Source of the DNA: a candidate division Zixibacteria bacterium SM23_81
Lineage (GTDB): Bacteria; SM23-81
Direction of reading: 5' to 3'
Assembly (NCBI GenBank): GCA_001304015.1
Contig: LJUY01000006.1
Coordinates: 22,605-86,604, forward strand
DNA: 64,000 nucleotides
Positions 48,785-58,921 of this stretch are shown piece after piece. Within the stretch, counting starts at the first letter, position 1. Each line of letters opens with the position of its first letter. Under the pieces are notes generated by a model. The model searched no databases and had not been told where the DNA came from. It saw only the letters and a program-made list of their open reading frames with translations. The translations under genes and the position numbers were made by a program.

Positions 48785-50170
48785 TTAGATGATAGATTTT
48801 CCCTCCATATCTTCTGGAACTGGTAGATTGAAAATCCGAAGTATCGTCGGGGCGAGATCCATCAAATGCAGATGAGATACCTTGCCCCTGGGAAGTCCTG
48901 AGTTCTTCATAACAAATATGCCGTATTGCGAGTGATTGGCGTCGTCCGGTCCAGTATCGTTCTCAAAGGTGTGGATGTCTCCGAAGCCCACACTGCCCAC
49001 GGAACGCCAAGATAGGTTCCCGAAGTAGATGATCAAATCTGGAGCCACGTTCTTCACCTGAGGATAGATATCCTGAGGCTTGAAGACACGGGTATTGATG
49101 TTCTCACCATTCTCATCCTCGATGGCCTCCAGCTTGGTAATGAGATGGTCGCGGAACTTCTCATAGTCTTGGGGTTCGATAACTCCCTGGGGCTCCCGGT
49201 TCTTTACATTGAGGAACAGCCGGCCATAATAACCCCCGGAGCCCCAGGCTTTGGTGTGAGGCCAGTCTATGTTATCGTGGCTCAGAGGAAAAACCTCCCT
49301 GGGAGGATTTTTCAATCGCAGATACCCTTCCCTCATGAGCCATTCGTTGATGCAAATCCCACCGTCCATACGTTGAGCGCCGTGATCGGAGACGATGAAG
49401 ATCACGGTCCGCTCGTCCACCTTGCTCACTATTCGACCAACCAGGCTGTCAACATACTGGTAATATTCCTTGAGAACACTCTTGTACGGTGAGTTTGGCT
49501 CATACTTTCTATGCTGCTCATCGAAATACTTCCAGAGGCCATGATGAATCCGATCGATGCCCATATCCACGAACATAAAAAAGTCCCATTCCTTGTTTAC
49601 CAGAAGATGGTTCACAACCCGAAACCTGTTCTCGGTCATATCGTAAATCTGCTTGATGAGATCATCCTTGTCCTCTGTCCTGAACTTCTTCACGTCCAAG
49701 ATGTACTCTCCCACCACATCTTCGATCTCCCTCTTCAACTCCTGCGGATAGGTATATTGGCAGTTTGTGTCCGGGGCCAGAAATCCGGATATCATAGAAC
49801 CATTGAGAGGTTTCGGTGGATAGGTTTGAGGAACGCCAACCAGAACGCTTTTTTTGCCTGCTCGGGACAGTATGTCCCAAACTCGATCCTCCTTGACCGC
49901 TTGAGAGGTAGCGAAGTACATCTCATCATAGGAATAGTTCTTCCGATTGCGAAAGCCATAGAAACCCAACACTCCAGGACTTTTGCTAGACACCATAGAG
50001 GTCCAGGCTGGAACGGTAATGGGTGGTATTGTGCTCTCAAGTTCCCCATACACGCTCTGCTCTAGAATTGCTTTGAAATGAGGTAAATCATCAACCCAGC
50101 GGTCAAAGATCAGCTGAGGGGTAGCGCAATCCAGGCCTATGACCAGCACTTTCCTGCCGGTGTGAGGCAA
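48785..50170 (-). CDS. AlkP-superfamily PF01663-like protein, paralog 2
   Basis: VLVIGLDCATP, IPPITVPAWTSM...GFYGF. Same architecture as paralogs 1 and 3. Confidence 0.75.
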   Translation of the reverse strand: MPHTGRKVLVIGLDCATPQLIFDRWVDDLPHFKAILEQSVYGELESTIPPITVPAWTSMVSSKSPGVLGFYGFRNRKNYSYDEMYFATSQAVKEDRVWDILSRAGKKSVLVGVPQTYPPKPLNGSMISGFLAPDTNCQYTYPQELKREIEDVVGEYILDVKKFRTEDKDDLIKQIYDMTENRFRVVNHLLVNKEWDFFMFVDMGIDRIHHGLWKYFDEQHRKYEPNSPYKSVLKEYYQYVDSLVGRIVSKVDERTVIFIVSDHGAQRMDGGICINEWLMREGYLRLKNPPREVFPLSHDNIDWPHTKAWGSGGYYGRLFLNVKNREPQGVIEPQDYEKFRDHLITKLEAIEDENGENINTRVFKPQDIYPQVKNVAPDLIIYFGNLSWRSVGSVGFGDIHTFENDTGPDDANHSQYGIFVMKNSGLPRGKVSHLHLMDLAPTILRIFNLPVPEDMEGKSII

Positions 50171-50457
50171 AAAGCATCTCCTTTCATCAGATAGTTAAAA
50201 GAGTAACTCTCATCCTCTCAGAATTCACAAAACCTTCATTTTGCTCAGAAAACTCTAGCACACGCGACAAGTTACTCTAAAAAGGATTTCTTGCTTCTTA
50301 TTTTCTTAACAAGCTTTCCTCGTTGTAAACCTTTCCCACCGATTCTCCGGTGCGACAAGAAAATCGAACCTCTTGTTTCTTCCCTGTGGCATGAAGGGTC
50401 TTTCTACGAAAACCTCGAGAACTTCCTAATGATCCAGCCAGGAAGTGAATATTCTGG

Positions 50458-51981
50458 TTATGGGCTAAAAGAATCCTGAAAAATCCCTTTGAGGACTTTT
50501 CCATCAGTATCAATGGGAATGCCTATTTTTAACATATGAAGTATAGTTGGAAAGAGATCGACTATTTCCGCTCCAAAGAACTGCTTTCCCTTTTGTATAA
50601 TTTTGCCGTGTGCGATGAAAATACCCTCCAAACTGTGATCTCCAGAAGCCCAACCTGTCAATTCATATAATCTCTTTTTATATGGACTCGTGGCATAGTT
50701 TTCGTAGGTGTGAAAAACCAAATCAGGTGCTAGGTCAGAAAAGGGACCATTGAAATATTCCTCACGGTAAAATACATCCCGAATGACGGCATGGTTGTTT
50801 TGAGGATCGCGGGTGTTCAACAAGGCCTGCTTTATAAAACTCCTTAATTTCTCATACTCTTCCCCCTGGCTTACAATACCCTCTGGCTCTCTGCCCCTTA
50901 AATTTACCTGTATCCCAACTTGCTGATCCCCAGCACAATAAGCCTTAGTGTTTTTCCAGGAAACTTGGCTTTTAGGAGAGAGTATCTTCCTTCGGCCCGA
51001 TAAATTCCTTAGAACTTGGCGTCTAAGCTTGTGTATAAAGGGAATGTCCAGCGCTCGTAAGAAAGCGAGAGTTCTGGCTTTCCCCTTGCGGAACTTAAGC
51101 AGGTGGTGGGTCATCAACCAATCATTGACATCAAACTGCTTATGCGCCGACTGAAAACCGTGATCTGAGATAAGAATCAACACGGTGTCTTCATCCAACC
51201 TGGCTCGGATTTCTCCTATAGCACTGTCCAACATCATGAAAAATTCATCTATCAATGGCATATACTTTTTAGACTCTTCAGCATTGAATTCGGGATGAGT
51301 ACCATCGATATACTTCCACAAGCAATGTTGCACTCTATCTGGTCCGGTAAAAACGACTATACAAAAATCTGGCTGATAGAGGTCGAGAAGAAAAAGTGTC
51401 GCCTCTTTTCTTATTGTGGTCATTTTTTTCACGTCTTCAATGAGATCGCTCACTCTATTTTTGTACCACTTCCAGACTAGATTTATGGGGTAGTCTCCGA
51501 TTTTCTCTTTAAGCTTCTTTCCCAGCTCCTCAGGATAGGTGAATGTGCTATTTGTACTCGGGGTAAGCATGCCCGAGATTAAAAAACCATTCACTGGCTG
51601 CGGTGGGTAAGTGAGGGGCACATTTATCACGCCAACCTTTTTGCTATTGCGACTTAAAATTCTCCATAAAGTCTCACTTTTCATTACTTTCGAATGGACA
51701 ACCCTCTTTCGGTAAAAATCGGAAGAGTCAGGGATTCTAAATCCAAAAATGCTGTGTTTCCCGGGTTTTTTCCCGCTCATGAAGGAGGCCCAAGCTGCCA
51801 TGGAATTTGGCGGAATTACAGATTTTAATTCACCAAAGGTCCCTGTTTTAATGAGCTCTGCCAAATTCGGCATTTTGCCCCTGGATATCATTGGGTCCAA
51901 TATTTTGAATGTGGCTCCATCTAAACCAATAACCATCACTTTGCTCTTCACATGTCCTCCATAGATGACCTTTTTATACAA
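50458..51981 (-). CDS. AlkP-superfamily PF01663-like protein, paralog 3
   Basis: VMVIGLDGATF, IPPNSMAAWASF...GKKPGKHSIFGF. 507 aa. The start is uncertain (ATG at 51981 or 51936). Confidence 0.75.
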   Translation of the reverse strand: MYKKVIYGGHVKSKVMVIGLDGATFKILDPMISRGKMPNLAELIKTGTFGELKSVIPPNSMAAWASFMSGKKPGKHSIFGFRIPDSSDFYRKRVVHSKVMKSETLWRILSRNSKKVGVINVPLTYPPQPVNGFLISGMLTPSTNSTFTYPEELGKKLKEKIGDYPINLVWKWYKNRVSDLIEDVKKMTTIRKEATLFLLDLYQPDFCIVVFTGPDRVQHCLWKYIDGTHPEFNAEESKKYMPLIDEFFMMLDSAIGEIRARLDEDTVLILISDHGFQSAHKQFDVNDWLMTHHLLKFRKGKARTLAFLRALDIPFIHKLRRQVLRNLSGRRKILSPKSQVSWKNTKAYCAGDQQVGIQVNLRGREPEGIVSQGEEYEKLRSFIKQALLNTRDPQNNHAVIRDVFYREEYFNGPFSDLAPDLVFHTYENYATSPYKKRLYELTGWASGDHSLEGIFIAHGKIIQKGKQFFGAEIVDLFPTILHMLKIGIPIDTDGKVLKGIFQDSFSP

Positions 51982-53146
51982 TAGCTCGATAAATATCGAT
52001 AACTCTTTCAGCGTTTCTTTTCCAAGTATGGTGCTTTCTTATATGCTCCATAATCTTAGATCCAAGCTCCTTCCGAAGCTTGGAATCATTAACCAGAATG
52101 AGGATTTTCTCTTTCAAGTCCTCTGCATCACCAGGATTTATCAAAATCCCATTTTTGCCATCCTCTATGACTTCTTGAACGGGTGCTGTACGCGGGGCAA
52201 TCACCGGTTTCCCCATGGCCCCGTACTCAAAAATCTTAATTGGCGAACCATTCCAATTGGAGTTGGGCATCACACAAATATCCATTGCTGCAATATGAGC
52301 GGGCACCGCCTCAAAGGGAATCCCACCGGTGAGCGTAAAATGTTCGCTTACGCCTCTGCCTTTTAAATTCTCTTCAAACTGCCTCCTATCCCTAAAGCGA
52401 CCAACTACAAGAAAATGTAGTTCCTTCCTCTCTCTGATCAAATCCTGGGCCAATCTTATGAGAAGCTCTACGCCATGATGTTTGTGCATACTTCCCACAA
52501 ACCCAATGACTATTTTACCTCGCAGACTATATTTATTCCGAATGTCTTGGAAGGCACTGCTAGAATCAAACAATTCAGTATCTACACCATTTGGCAAGAC
52601 ATGTATCTTCCTTGAAGGAACCCCTCTTTTGACAAGATAATCCCTCATAACCCCAGATATAGTGATTATGGCATTCGTACATTTTTCAACTTTTCTTTGA
52701 ATCAATGAGGCCAAGAATGAAAAGTGAGCTGGACCAAACCGACTTCTTGCCTCTATGGGGGCATTGATTTCCAGAATGTGGGGTATTTTGAGATCTCGCG
52801 CTATTGTTGAACTTGCCCAAAAAAAATAGGAATACCTTTCATAAATAAAGTCGGGGATCTCCCTCTTAAAAAAAGACTTATAAGAGCTTAAGAAATTGTA
52901 GTTATAGTATATTTTGTACCCATCTCTCACCATCGAAGCAATAGATAGGGGTAAAATGTACTTCTGGTTTGAGAAAGACAATTTGGCTTGGCTTTCTCTT
53001 GTGCCTTGCCCAGCAATTATGGGGACGACCATATGTCCAAGTTTACGATATGCCTCTATTAAATTGACTATATGAGATGTCGATCCTGTATAAACAGAAT
53101 TATCTATTCTTAGCCCTGGATTCCCAACAACATAAAGAATCTTCAT
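51974..53146 (-). CDS. Glycosyltransferase family 4 (GT-B, retaining)
   Basis: The C-terminal EYGAMGKPVIAPRTAPVQEVIEDGKNGILI motif is the GT1/GT4 E-x7-E region. Typical ~390-aa length. Confidence 0.8.
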   Translation of the reverse strand: MKILYVVGNPGLRIDNSVYTGSTSHIVNLIEAYRKLGHMVVPIIAGQGTRESQAKLSFSNQKYILPLSIASMVRDGYKIYYNYNFLSSYKSFFKREIPDFIYERYSYFFWASSTIARDLKIPHILEINAPIEARSRFGPAHFSFLASLIQRKVEKCTNAIITISGVMRDYLVKRGVPSRKIHVLPNGVDTELFDSSSAFQDIRNKYSLRGKIVIGFVGSMHKHHGVELLIRLAQDLIRERKELHFLVVGRFRDRRQFEENLKGRGVSEHFTLTGGIPFEAVPAHIAAMDICVMPNSNWNGSPIKIFEYGAMGKPVIAPRTAPVQEVIEDGKNGILINPGDAEDLKEKILILVNDSKLRKELGSKIMEHIRKHHTWKRNAERVIDIYRAIV

Positions 53147-53258
53147 GAGGTATCACTGCGTTTCCACTTATGGTTCAAGGTAACATTTTTAGGCACAGCA
53201 GTTGCTTTGATTCCCCTGAATGCGGTGAGAGAACTTGCTTTTTCGACTTTCTCTGCCT

Positions 53259-54410
53259 CTATTCAACAAAGGGATCATCTGCGCTAGCCAAAACTTCCAC
53301 TATTTCCGGTCTCATAATCTCCGAGGCCACCTCAGCGCCCTCGGTGATGATCCCCCGTATTTTGGTCCCGCTGGGAGTTAGCCACGAGTCTTTCTGGTGG
53401 GGACAGGTCTTAGCTGTGGCCATGTTCTCACAGGCTTGACAGTAAAAAGAGTGCTCGAAGAAGAGAGGTTGAATTCCTAGATCGGGAAAATCGGCGAAAA
53501 TCCTGTGTGCGGCATAGGTATCGTAATAATCGCCAACGCCAGCGTGATCCCGTCCGATGATGTGATGGGTACAGCCGAAGTTCTTTCTGACTATGGCGTG
53601 GAAAATGGCCTCTTTGGGCCCCGCGTAGCGCATCTGCCATGGCAGAATGCTCATCACCACCCTGTTCTGAGGATAGAAGTCGTCGATGAGAGTCTGATAG
53701 GCCTTTAGGATCAGCTCATCGGTAAAGTCGCCGCTTTTTTTTCTCCCGATAACTGGATTGATGAACAAACCGTCACAGATTTCCAAAGCACACTTCTGAA
53801 TATATTCGTGGGCTCGGTGGGGCGGATTTCGCGTCTGAAAGGCTACCACCGTATCCCATCTCCTTTTCCGAAATAGATAGCGAGTCTCCTTGGGAGAGAG
53901 ATTATAGCGCTTATATGGTATCCTGATGTCCTCCAGTAAATCCACAGCACCGCTCAAGAAGACATCGTGAAGGCCGAGGAATTTTTTCACTCCAGGATGT
54001 TTTTCATCGTCGGTTCCGAAAACGCCCCTGGCGATTTTCAATTTGTCAAATCGATATTTCTCCTCTAAATGTAATAGGGCCAGAGGAATTCCGGCCTCAT
54101 CCATAAGGGTGAGGGTTTGTCCTTCCTTCAAGAACCTGGCCTGAGATTCCTCCACGGCCAACAGAATGGGAATCGTCCAGGCCAGCCCTTTGGCCAAACG
54201 CCCCTCCTTGACCACAGATTCCACATCGGCGCTGCCCATGAATCCTTCCAGAGGACTGAAGACACCCCGAGCGAGATTCTGGACCTCAGAGACGGTCTCA
54301 GCAGACACGGTCAACTGAAACATTCCAGGAATCTCAGTCAGGATGTCTGCTCCTTTCTCTGGGCTCAATATTCGATTGACCAGTTTTCCACCATGAGGTT
54401 TAATCAACAA
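53259..54410 (-). CDS. sat: Sulfate adenylyltransferase (ATP sulfurylase, single-chain Sat type)
   Basis: QTRNPPHRAHE and GRDHAG motifs. 383 aa. Confidence 0.9.
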   Translation of the reverse strand: MLIKPHGGKLVNRILSPEKGADILTEIPGMFQLTVSAETVSEVQNLARGVFSPLEGFMGSADVESVVKEGRLAKGLAWTIPILLAVEESQARFLKEGQTLTLMDEAGIPLALLHLEEKYRFDKLKIARGVFGTDDEKHPGVKKFLGLHDVFLSGAVDLLEDIRIPYKRYNLSPKETRYLFRKRRWDTVVAFQTRNPPHRAHEYIQKCALEICDGLFINPVIGRKKSGDFTDELILKAYQTLIDDFYPQNRVVMSILPWQMRYAGPKEAIFHAIVRKNFGCTHHIIGRDHAGVGDYYDTYAAHRIFADFPDLGIQPLFFEHSFYCQACENMATAKTCPHQKDSWLTPSGTKIRGIITEGAEVASEIMRPEIVEVLASADDPFVE

Positions 54411-54497
54411 TATCCCATCTCCCTTCTATGTATGATTTCTAAAAACAGGTATAGGTCGAATCGAGCATATATTCTCCTCTTCAACTATCCCACCCGG

Positions 54498-55529
54498 CTA
54501 TTGGGAGCTTCTTTTGAACACCCCCTCTCCCCAGGTGCCGGCGTAGACGACATGAGGAGTAAAGGGAGCCACCGCCAGGGCTTTGACATCTACTTCGGTG
54601 AGCCCCTCGTTCCACTGCGCCCAGTTCTGGCCTGCATCAGTGCTTCGATAAACTCCATTGTTGGTAGCGGCGTATAAGCAGTCGGTGTTAGAGGGACTCA
54701 TGCCGATCACCCTCACATCCCTGGTTCCTCCAAATCCTTTGACGACATTGGTCCACAGCCCGGCCGCATTGGTACTCTTGTAAACGCCCATGACGTTTGA
54801 ACCGACATATAAAATATTCGGGTCGATGGGATTGATCAGAACCCATTGAATTCTCGCCGAGGGGCCATTTAGGTTAATCCCATTGTTGCCGACGGACCAA
54901 CTATCGCCGCCATCTTCACTTTTGTAAAAGTTATCGAATTTCCCTCCAGCGTAGACAATCTGGGAATTCTGGGGATGAACAGCCAAAGAGGCACGATTGT
55001 AATAGAAGATATAAAACAAAGTGTCGGCGCCATTATAACTCCTGTTGATACCACCATCACACCCAATGAAGAGGGTGTCCGAATGAGTAGGGTCGGTGGC
55101 TATGCTGTAAATAGTGGGATCCACGAGACCCACCTTTTTCCCCTCCCAACTCTCGCCTCCATCCTCGCTTTTAAAAACTCCAGACCCGTAAGTGCCCACA
55201 TACATTGTTTCCGGATGCAGCGCATCGAAAGCGATGGCGGATATCTGGGAATAAGTCCACCCACTGTCCAATCGCGTCCAAGTTTGGGCACCGTCGGTGC
55301 TTTTATAAAGACCACCCCAAGTACCACTGAAAATAATGTCGGAATTGCTGGGATGAACAGCTAAAAATCGCACAAAAAGATTCTCCAGACCAGAATTAAC
55401 CGCCGACCACTGATTTGAGTCAGAATCAGTGGGCGATTTTTTACCGCAGGATATGGCCAGGATACAAAAAAAGCACCCTAGGAGAAAAAACTTGGCGGCG
55501 ATGGACCTGTCTGTCGAATATAGGTTCAT
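54498..55529 (-). CDS. BNR/Asp-box repeat beta-propeller lipoprotein (Ycf48/sortilin-like)
   Basis: Lipoprotein signal (ILAISCG). Repeated S-x-D-x-G-x-T-W boxes (STDGAQTW, SEDGGESW, SEDGGDSW, STDAGQNW). Confidence 0.7.
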   Translation of the reverse strand: MNLYSTDRSIAAKFFLLGCFFCILAISCGKKSPTDSDSNQWSAVNSGLENLFVRFLAVHPSNSDIIFSGTWGGLYKSTDGAQTWTRLDSGWTYSQISAIAFDALHPETMYVGTYGSGVFKSEDGGESWEGKKVGLVDPTIYSIATDPTHSDTLFIGCDGGINRSYNGADTLFYIFYYNRASLAVHPQNSQIVYAGGKFDNFYKSEDGGDSWSVGNNGINLNGPSARIQWVLINPIDPNILYVGSNVMGVYKSTNAAGLWTNVVKGFGGTRDVRVIGMSPSNTDCLYAATNNGVYRSTDAGQNWAQWNEGLTEVDVKALAVAPFTPHVVYAGTWGEGVFKRSSQ

Positions 55530-55559
55530 GACTCAGTTCTCCTTTGAAAACAGGAGTTC

Positions 55560-57041
55560 CTAATCCCCCTGGGTTGATGTCATATCATATAATCCACCGT
55601 AAAGGTTCGTGAAGCTGGTCTCTATCACCGTGGGGAAAGTTCTCTTCATATAGTCTTTCAACTTTCCCTCCGGATCCATCAGCCATGGCCTGCCCAGGAC
55701 CAACCACGCCCGCTGGTGACCTTGAACGCGCGCCGCGATCATCTTCTCATGGAAGCTAGGTGACCAAAAAGCTGTGTGGACGGTGAGTGGACCCTGGTAG
55801 TAGTATGTGAACGGCTTCAGGGGTGCGGCCAAGATTACATCTCCATCTTCAGAATGTGCGCTTATATATTGCGCAGCCCACCGATAGCGCGCTTTGGCGT
55901 GTCTATCTTGGAAGTAATGGCCGTGGACAGAATATAAAGTGACAACGACGACGACTCCCATGAGCCCCCACCGGATGATCCCCCTTCGTGGGGCCAGAAG
56001 GCCTCGGGTCAGGATGAGTCCATAGGCTGGCAAGGCCACTGAGGCATAACGTACATTATAGGAGATCTGTGGCCACACCAGAGATACCAGACACCCGCCC
56101 ACGATGGGGGTTATCAGATAAAGCAGAATGAAAACCAGCCGCTCCCGATCCCGCCACAGAGATCGCAGACCCAGAGCAAAGATGGCTGCGAATAAAAGGG
56201 CTACTGGCAGAATCTGACTTAGGTAAGGTCGAAGGGTGCTCAGGGAGGCCGACCAGTGCAGCTCCGCTACAGAAGGGCCATAGCTAAATCCCAGGCTAAA
56301 TGCAAAAAAAGTATAGGGAACTGAGAAAACTTGAAGAGGATTTCCGCCAGCTCCTTGGGTCAAGAAGACCACATACCGCCCACCCCCGAGGAGAAGATAA
56401 ACGATGGGCAGGACCATAATTGCTACAATTCCCAGGGAATAGCCAAATCGACGTATGACAGGGCGGTACGTCTTCAGGAATATAAAGAAGAATGCCACTT
56501 GGCACAATAGGACGAAGATGGCATAATAATGTGTGTATATGGCCAATCCCATAGTTACAGCCCACCATACGCCTGGGCGACCCCTCTGCTCTTGAAGGAA
56601 CTTGACGAAATATAGCGCCGATGCTGCGCTCAGCAAGATGAGCAGACTGTACATCCTGGCATCCTGGGAATACCAGATGTGAAATGGGGAGATGGCCAAT
56701 AAAAAAGCGCACACAAGACCGTGTTTGGTATCCCAAAGGCTTCTCCCCAGCAGATAGGCAATCCCTAGGGTGGCTATCCCGAAAAGAGCTGGTAGCAATC
56801 TGATCATCACATCGCTGCGACCCAAGTAAAGCCAAAAATGAAGCAGGATGTGATACAGAACAGGCGTTTGGCAAAAGCGGATGGCTACTACCCCCAGGTC
56901 CCTGGCCGAGAGGCAGACACTATAAACTTCGTCATAAGAGAAACTCTGGCCACCCAGCCTCACGAGCCTGAGAACGGTGCCCAGCACCAAGATGAGCAAC
57001 AGATAGATGCTCACACGCTTTTTGGGGATGGCTTCATTCAT
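55560..57041 (-). CDS. GT-C fold membrane glycosyltransferase (ArnT/PMT-like, GT39/GT83, COG1807)
   Basis: About 12 predicted TM helices. First periplasmic loop has SFSYDEVY (the DE motif of PMT/ArnT-type transferases). Hydrophilic C-terminal domain. Confidence 0.75.
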   Translation of the reverse strand: MNEAIPKKRVSIYLLLILVLGTVLRLVRLGGQSFSYDEVYSVCLSARDLGVVAIRFCQTPVLYHILLHFWLYLGRSDVMIRLLPALFGIATLGIAYLLGRSLWDTKHGLVCAFLLAISPFHIWYSQDARMYSLLILLSAASALYFVKFLQEQRGRPGVWWAVTMGLAIYTHYYAIFVLLCQVAFFFIFLKTYRPVIRRFGYSLGIVAIMVLPIVYLLLGGGRYVVFLTQGAGGNPLQVFSVPYTFFAFSLGFSYGPSVAELHWSASLSTLRPYLSQILPVALLFAAIFALGLRSLWRDRERLVFILLYLITPIVGGCLVSLVWPQISYNVRYASVALPAYGLILTRGLLAPRRGIIRWGLMGVVVVVTLYSVHGHYFQDRHAKARYRWAAQYISAHSEDGDVILAAPLKPFTYYYQGPLTVHTAFWSPSFHEKMIAARVQGHQRAWLVLGRPWLMDPEGKLKDYMKRTFPTVIETSFTNLYGGLYDMTSTQGD

Positions 57042-57780
57042 GAGTATTTTTCACCTCGGGGACTCTCTGTTGCATCTGTTCAATTCCCAGAAGGATCTTC
57101 AACGCCGAGGCCACGTATCCCCACCCATCCCGCATAAATCGAGTTTTAGCCTGCCCCTTTTCTCGAGGTCGATACACCACGGGTATCTCGCCAACGGCCG
57201 CGGAGTCGCGAATGGCATTGTACATGAGGCGGAAATGAAAATCCCCATACCCATAAAAAATCCGATTCAGATCCCATCGATTCAACAGAGATCGTTTAAC
57301 GGCCAGGAATCCATTGGTATTATCGGTTGTCTTCAGTCCCAAGGTAATCTTGAGAAACCAATTGATGGCCAGGCTGAATATGCGGGCCCGGGCGTTCCCC
57401 TGAAAACCCCCCAGGTGCAAGTAGCGAGAGCCACTGACCAAGTCGTATTCCCCCACCTTCAGGAGCAGCGCCGGCAGGTCTTCAGGATTATGGCTGAAAT
57501 CGGCATCCATCAGAACCACAACATCCGCGTAAGATGCTTTAATACCTGCCTTTATCGCGGTGGCCAGACCCCTTTGGCCATTGCGCAAGACGAGCTTGAC
57601 CTGACTCATAGTTGAGCAGTTCTGCCTGACGACATCCGCTGTTCCGTCTGGGCTGTCATCGTCCACCACCACGATCTGGTAGTCGATGCCGGAATCGGCC
57701 ATGATGCGAGAGAGACTCTGGATCAGAGGGACGATGTTCTCCCTCTCATTGTATGTGGGTAGAATTACCGCAACATTCAT
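57034..57780 (-). CDS. Polyprenyl-phosphate glycosyltransferase, GT2 (ArnC/DPM1-like, short form)
   Basis: ILPTYNEREN, VVVDDDSPDGT and LMDADFSH (DXD-equivalent) motifs. 248 aa without C-terminal TM helices. Confidence 0.85.
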   Translation of the reverse strand: MNVAVILPTYNERENIVPLIQSLSRIMADSGIDYQIVVVDDDSPDGTADVVRQNCSTMSQVKLVLRNGQRGLATAIKAGIKASYADVVVLMDADFSHNPEDLPALLLKVGEYDLVSGSRYLHLGGFQGNARARIFSLAINWFLKITLGLKTTDNTNGFLAVKRSLLNRWDLNRIFYGYGDFHFRLMYNAIRDSAAVGEIPVVYRPREKGQAKTRFMRDGWGYVASALKILLGIEQMQQRVPEVKNTHE

Positions 57781-58907
57781 AGTTTCTTAAATCCTAAAAA
57801 ATTCTTGATCTCCTGGCAGACGAAGACAATTTGATCTTCCGTTAGGGTCGCAGATGAGGGCAGAGAGAGACCTTGCCCGTAAACGCGATCGGTGGTGGGA
57901 AACTCCTCCGACCACCTCCCCCGATAACATGGCTGACGATGAAGGGGATGAAAAAAACGCCTAGTGCCAACACCCGCTTTGCTCAAGTGCGCACCCAAGG
58001 CCCCGGGATCGTCCACCAAGATGTTGGTGAACCACGGCACGGCATCACAACGGGGGTCGCCAGCGGGAAAGCGGACAGTTTCCAATTCGGATAAGCATGC
58101 CCTATACAGCTCAATGCTGTTTCGCTTTCTTTCCAAAATGTGATCCAGTCTGGTTAACTGGGCCAGGCCAAGAGCTGCCTGGAGGTCGGTGAAGCAAAAA
58201 TTGTACCCGATGTGATGATGGATAAAAGTTCCCTTCTCCGTGCGCCCATGGTTTTTCAGAATTAAGCACCTTCGCTGGATCTGCTCATCATCGGTGGTGA
58301 TCATTCCCCCCTGGCCGGTGGTGATGGTCTTATTCCCGTAAAAGGAAAAACAGCCCACAGCGCCCAAACCTCCCACATGTCGATCCTGGAATTTAGCCCC
58401 CACTCCTTGGGCGGCATCCTCGACGACGACGAGACCATGCCGTCTGGCAATGGCTAAGATGGCCTCCATGTCTGCCGATTGACCGTAAAGATGCACTGGC
58501 ATGAGAGCGCGAGTCCTGGAGGAGATCTTCTCCTCGACGCTGGCTGGGTCTATATTGAAGGTGTTCTCGTCGATGTCTGCCAGTACCGGCGTCGCACCGG
58601 CCCATATCACCGAATTGGCTGTGGCGATGAAAGTCAGGTCTGGTATTATCACCTCATGGCCTGCTCCCACCCCAAGGGCTTTGAGACAGCAGTAGAGCCC
58701 GGCGGTGGCGTTGTTCACAGCAACGGCGTGACGACACCCAACCAGCTCAGCAAACTTCATCTCGAACAGATGAGTTTTCTCCCCCTCGATGAGCCAGGTG
58801 GACTCCACCACCTCAGCGAGCTGGCGGAGCTCTTCTTCACCAATCCAGGGCTCAATCTGCGGGATCACGCCTTCCTCATGGCCACCGATGTGCTTCTTTA
58901 CCCCCAT
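57777..58907 (-). CDS. DegT/DnrJ/EryC1/StrS-family PLP-dependent sugar aminotransferase (ArnB-like)
   Basis: VNNATAGL and the lysine motif FSFYGNKTITTGQGGM. Confidence 0.85.
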   Translation of the reverse strand: MGVKKHIGGHEEGVIPQIEPWIGEEELRQLAEVVESTWLIEGEKTHLFEMKFAELVGCRHAVAVNNATAGLYCCLKALGVGAGHEVIIPDLTFIATANSVIWAGATPVLADIDENTFNIDPASVEEKISSRTRALMPVHLYGQSADMEAILAIARRHGLVVVEDAAQGVGAKFQDRHVGGLGAVGCFSFYGNKTITTGQGGMITTDDEQIQRRCLILKNHGRTEKGTFIHHHIGYNFCFTDLQAALGLAQLTRLDHILERKRNSIELYRACLSELETVRFPAGDPRCDAVPWFTNILVDDPGALGAHLSKAGVGTRRFFHPLHRQPCYRGRWSEEFPTTDRVYGQGLSLPSSATLTEDQIVFVCQEIKNFLGFKKL

Positions 58908-58921
58908 CTCTTTCGGGTTCC

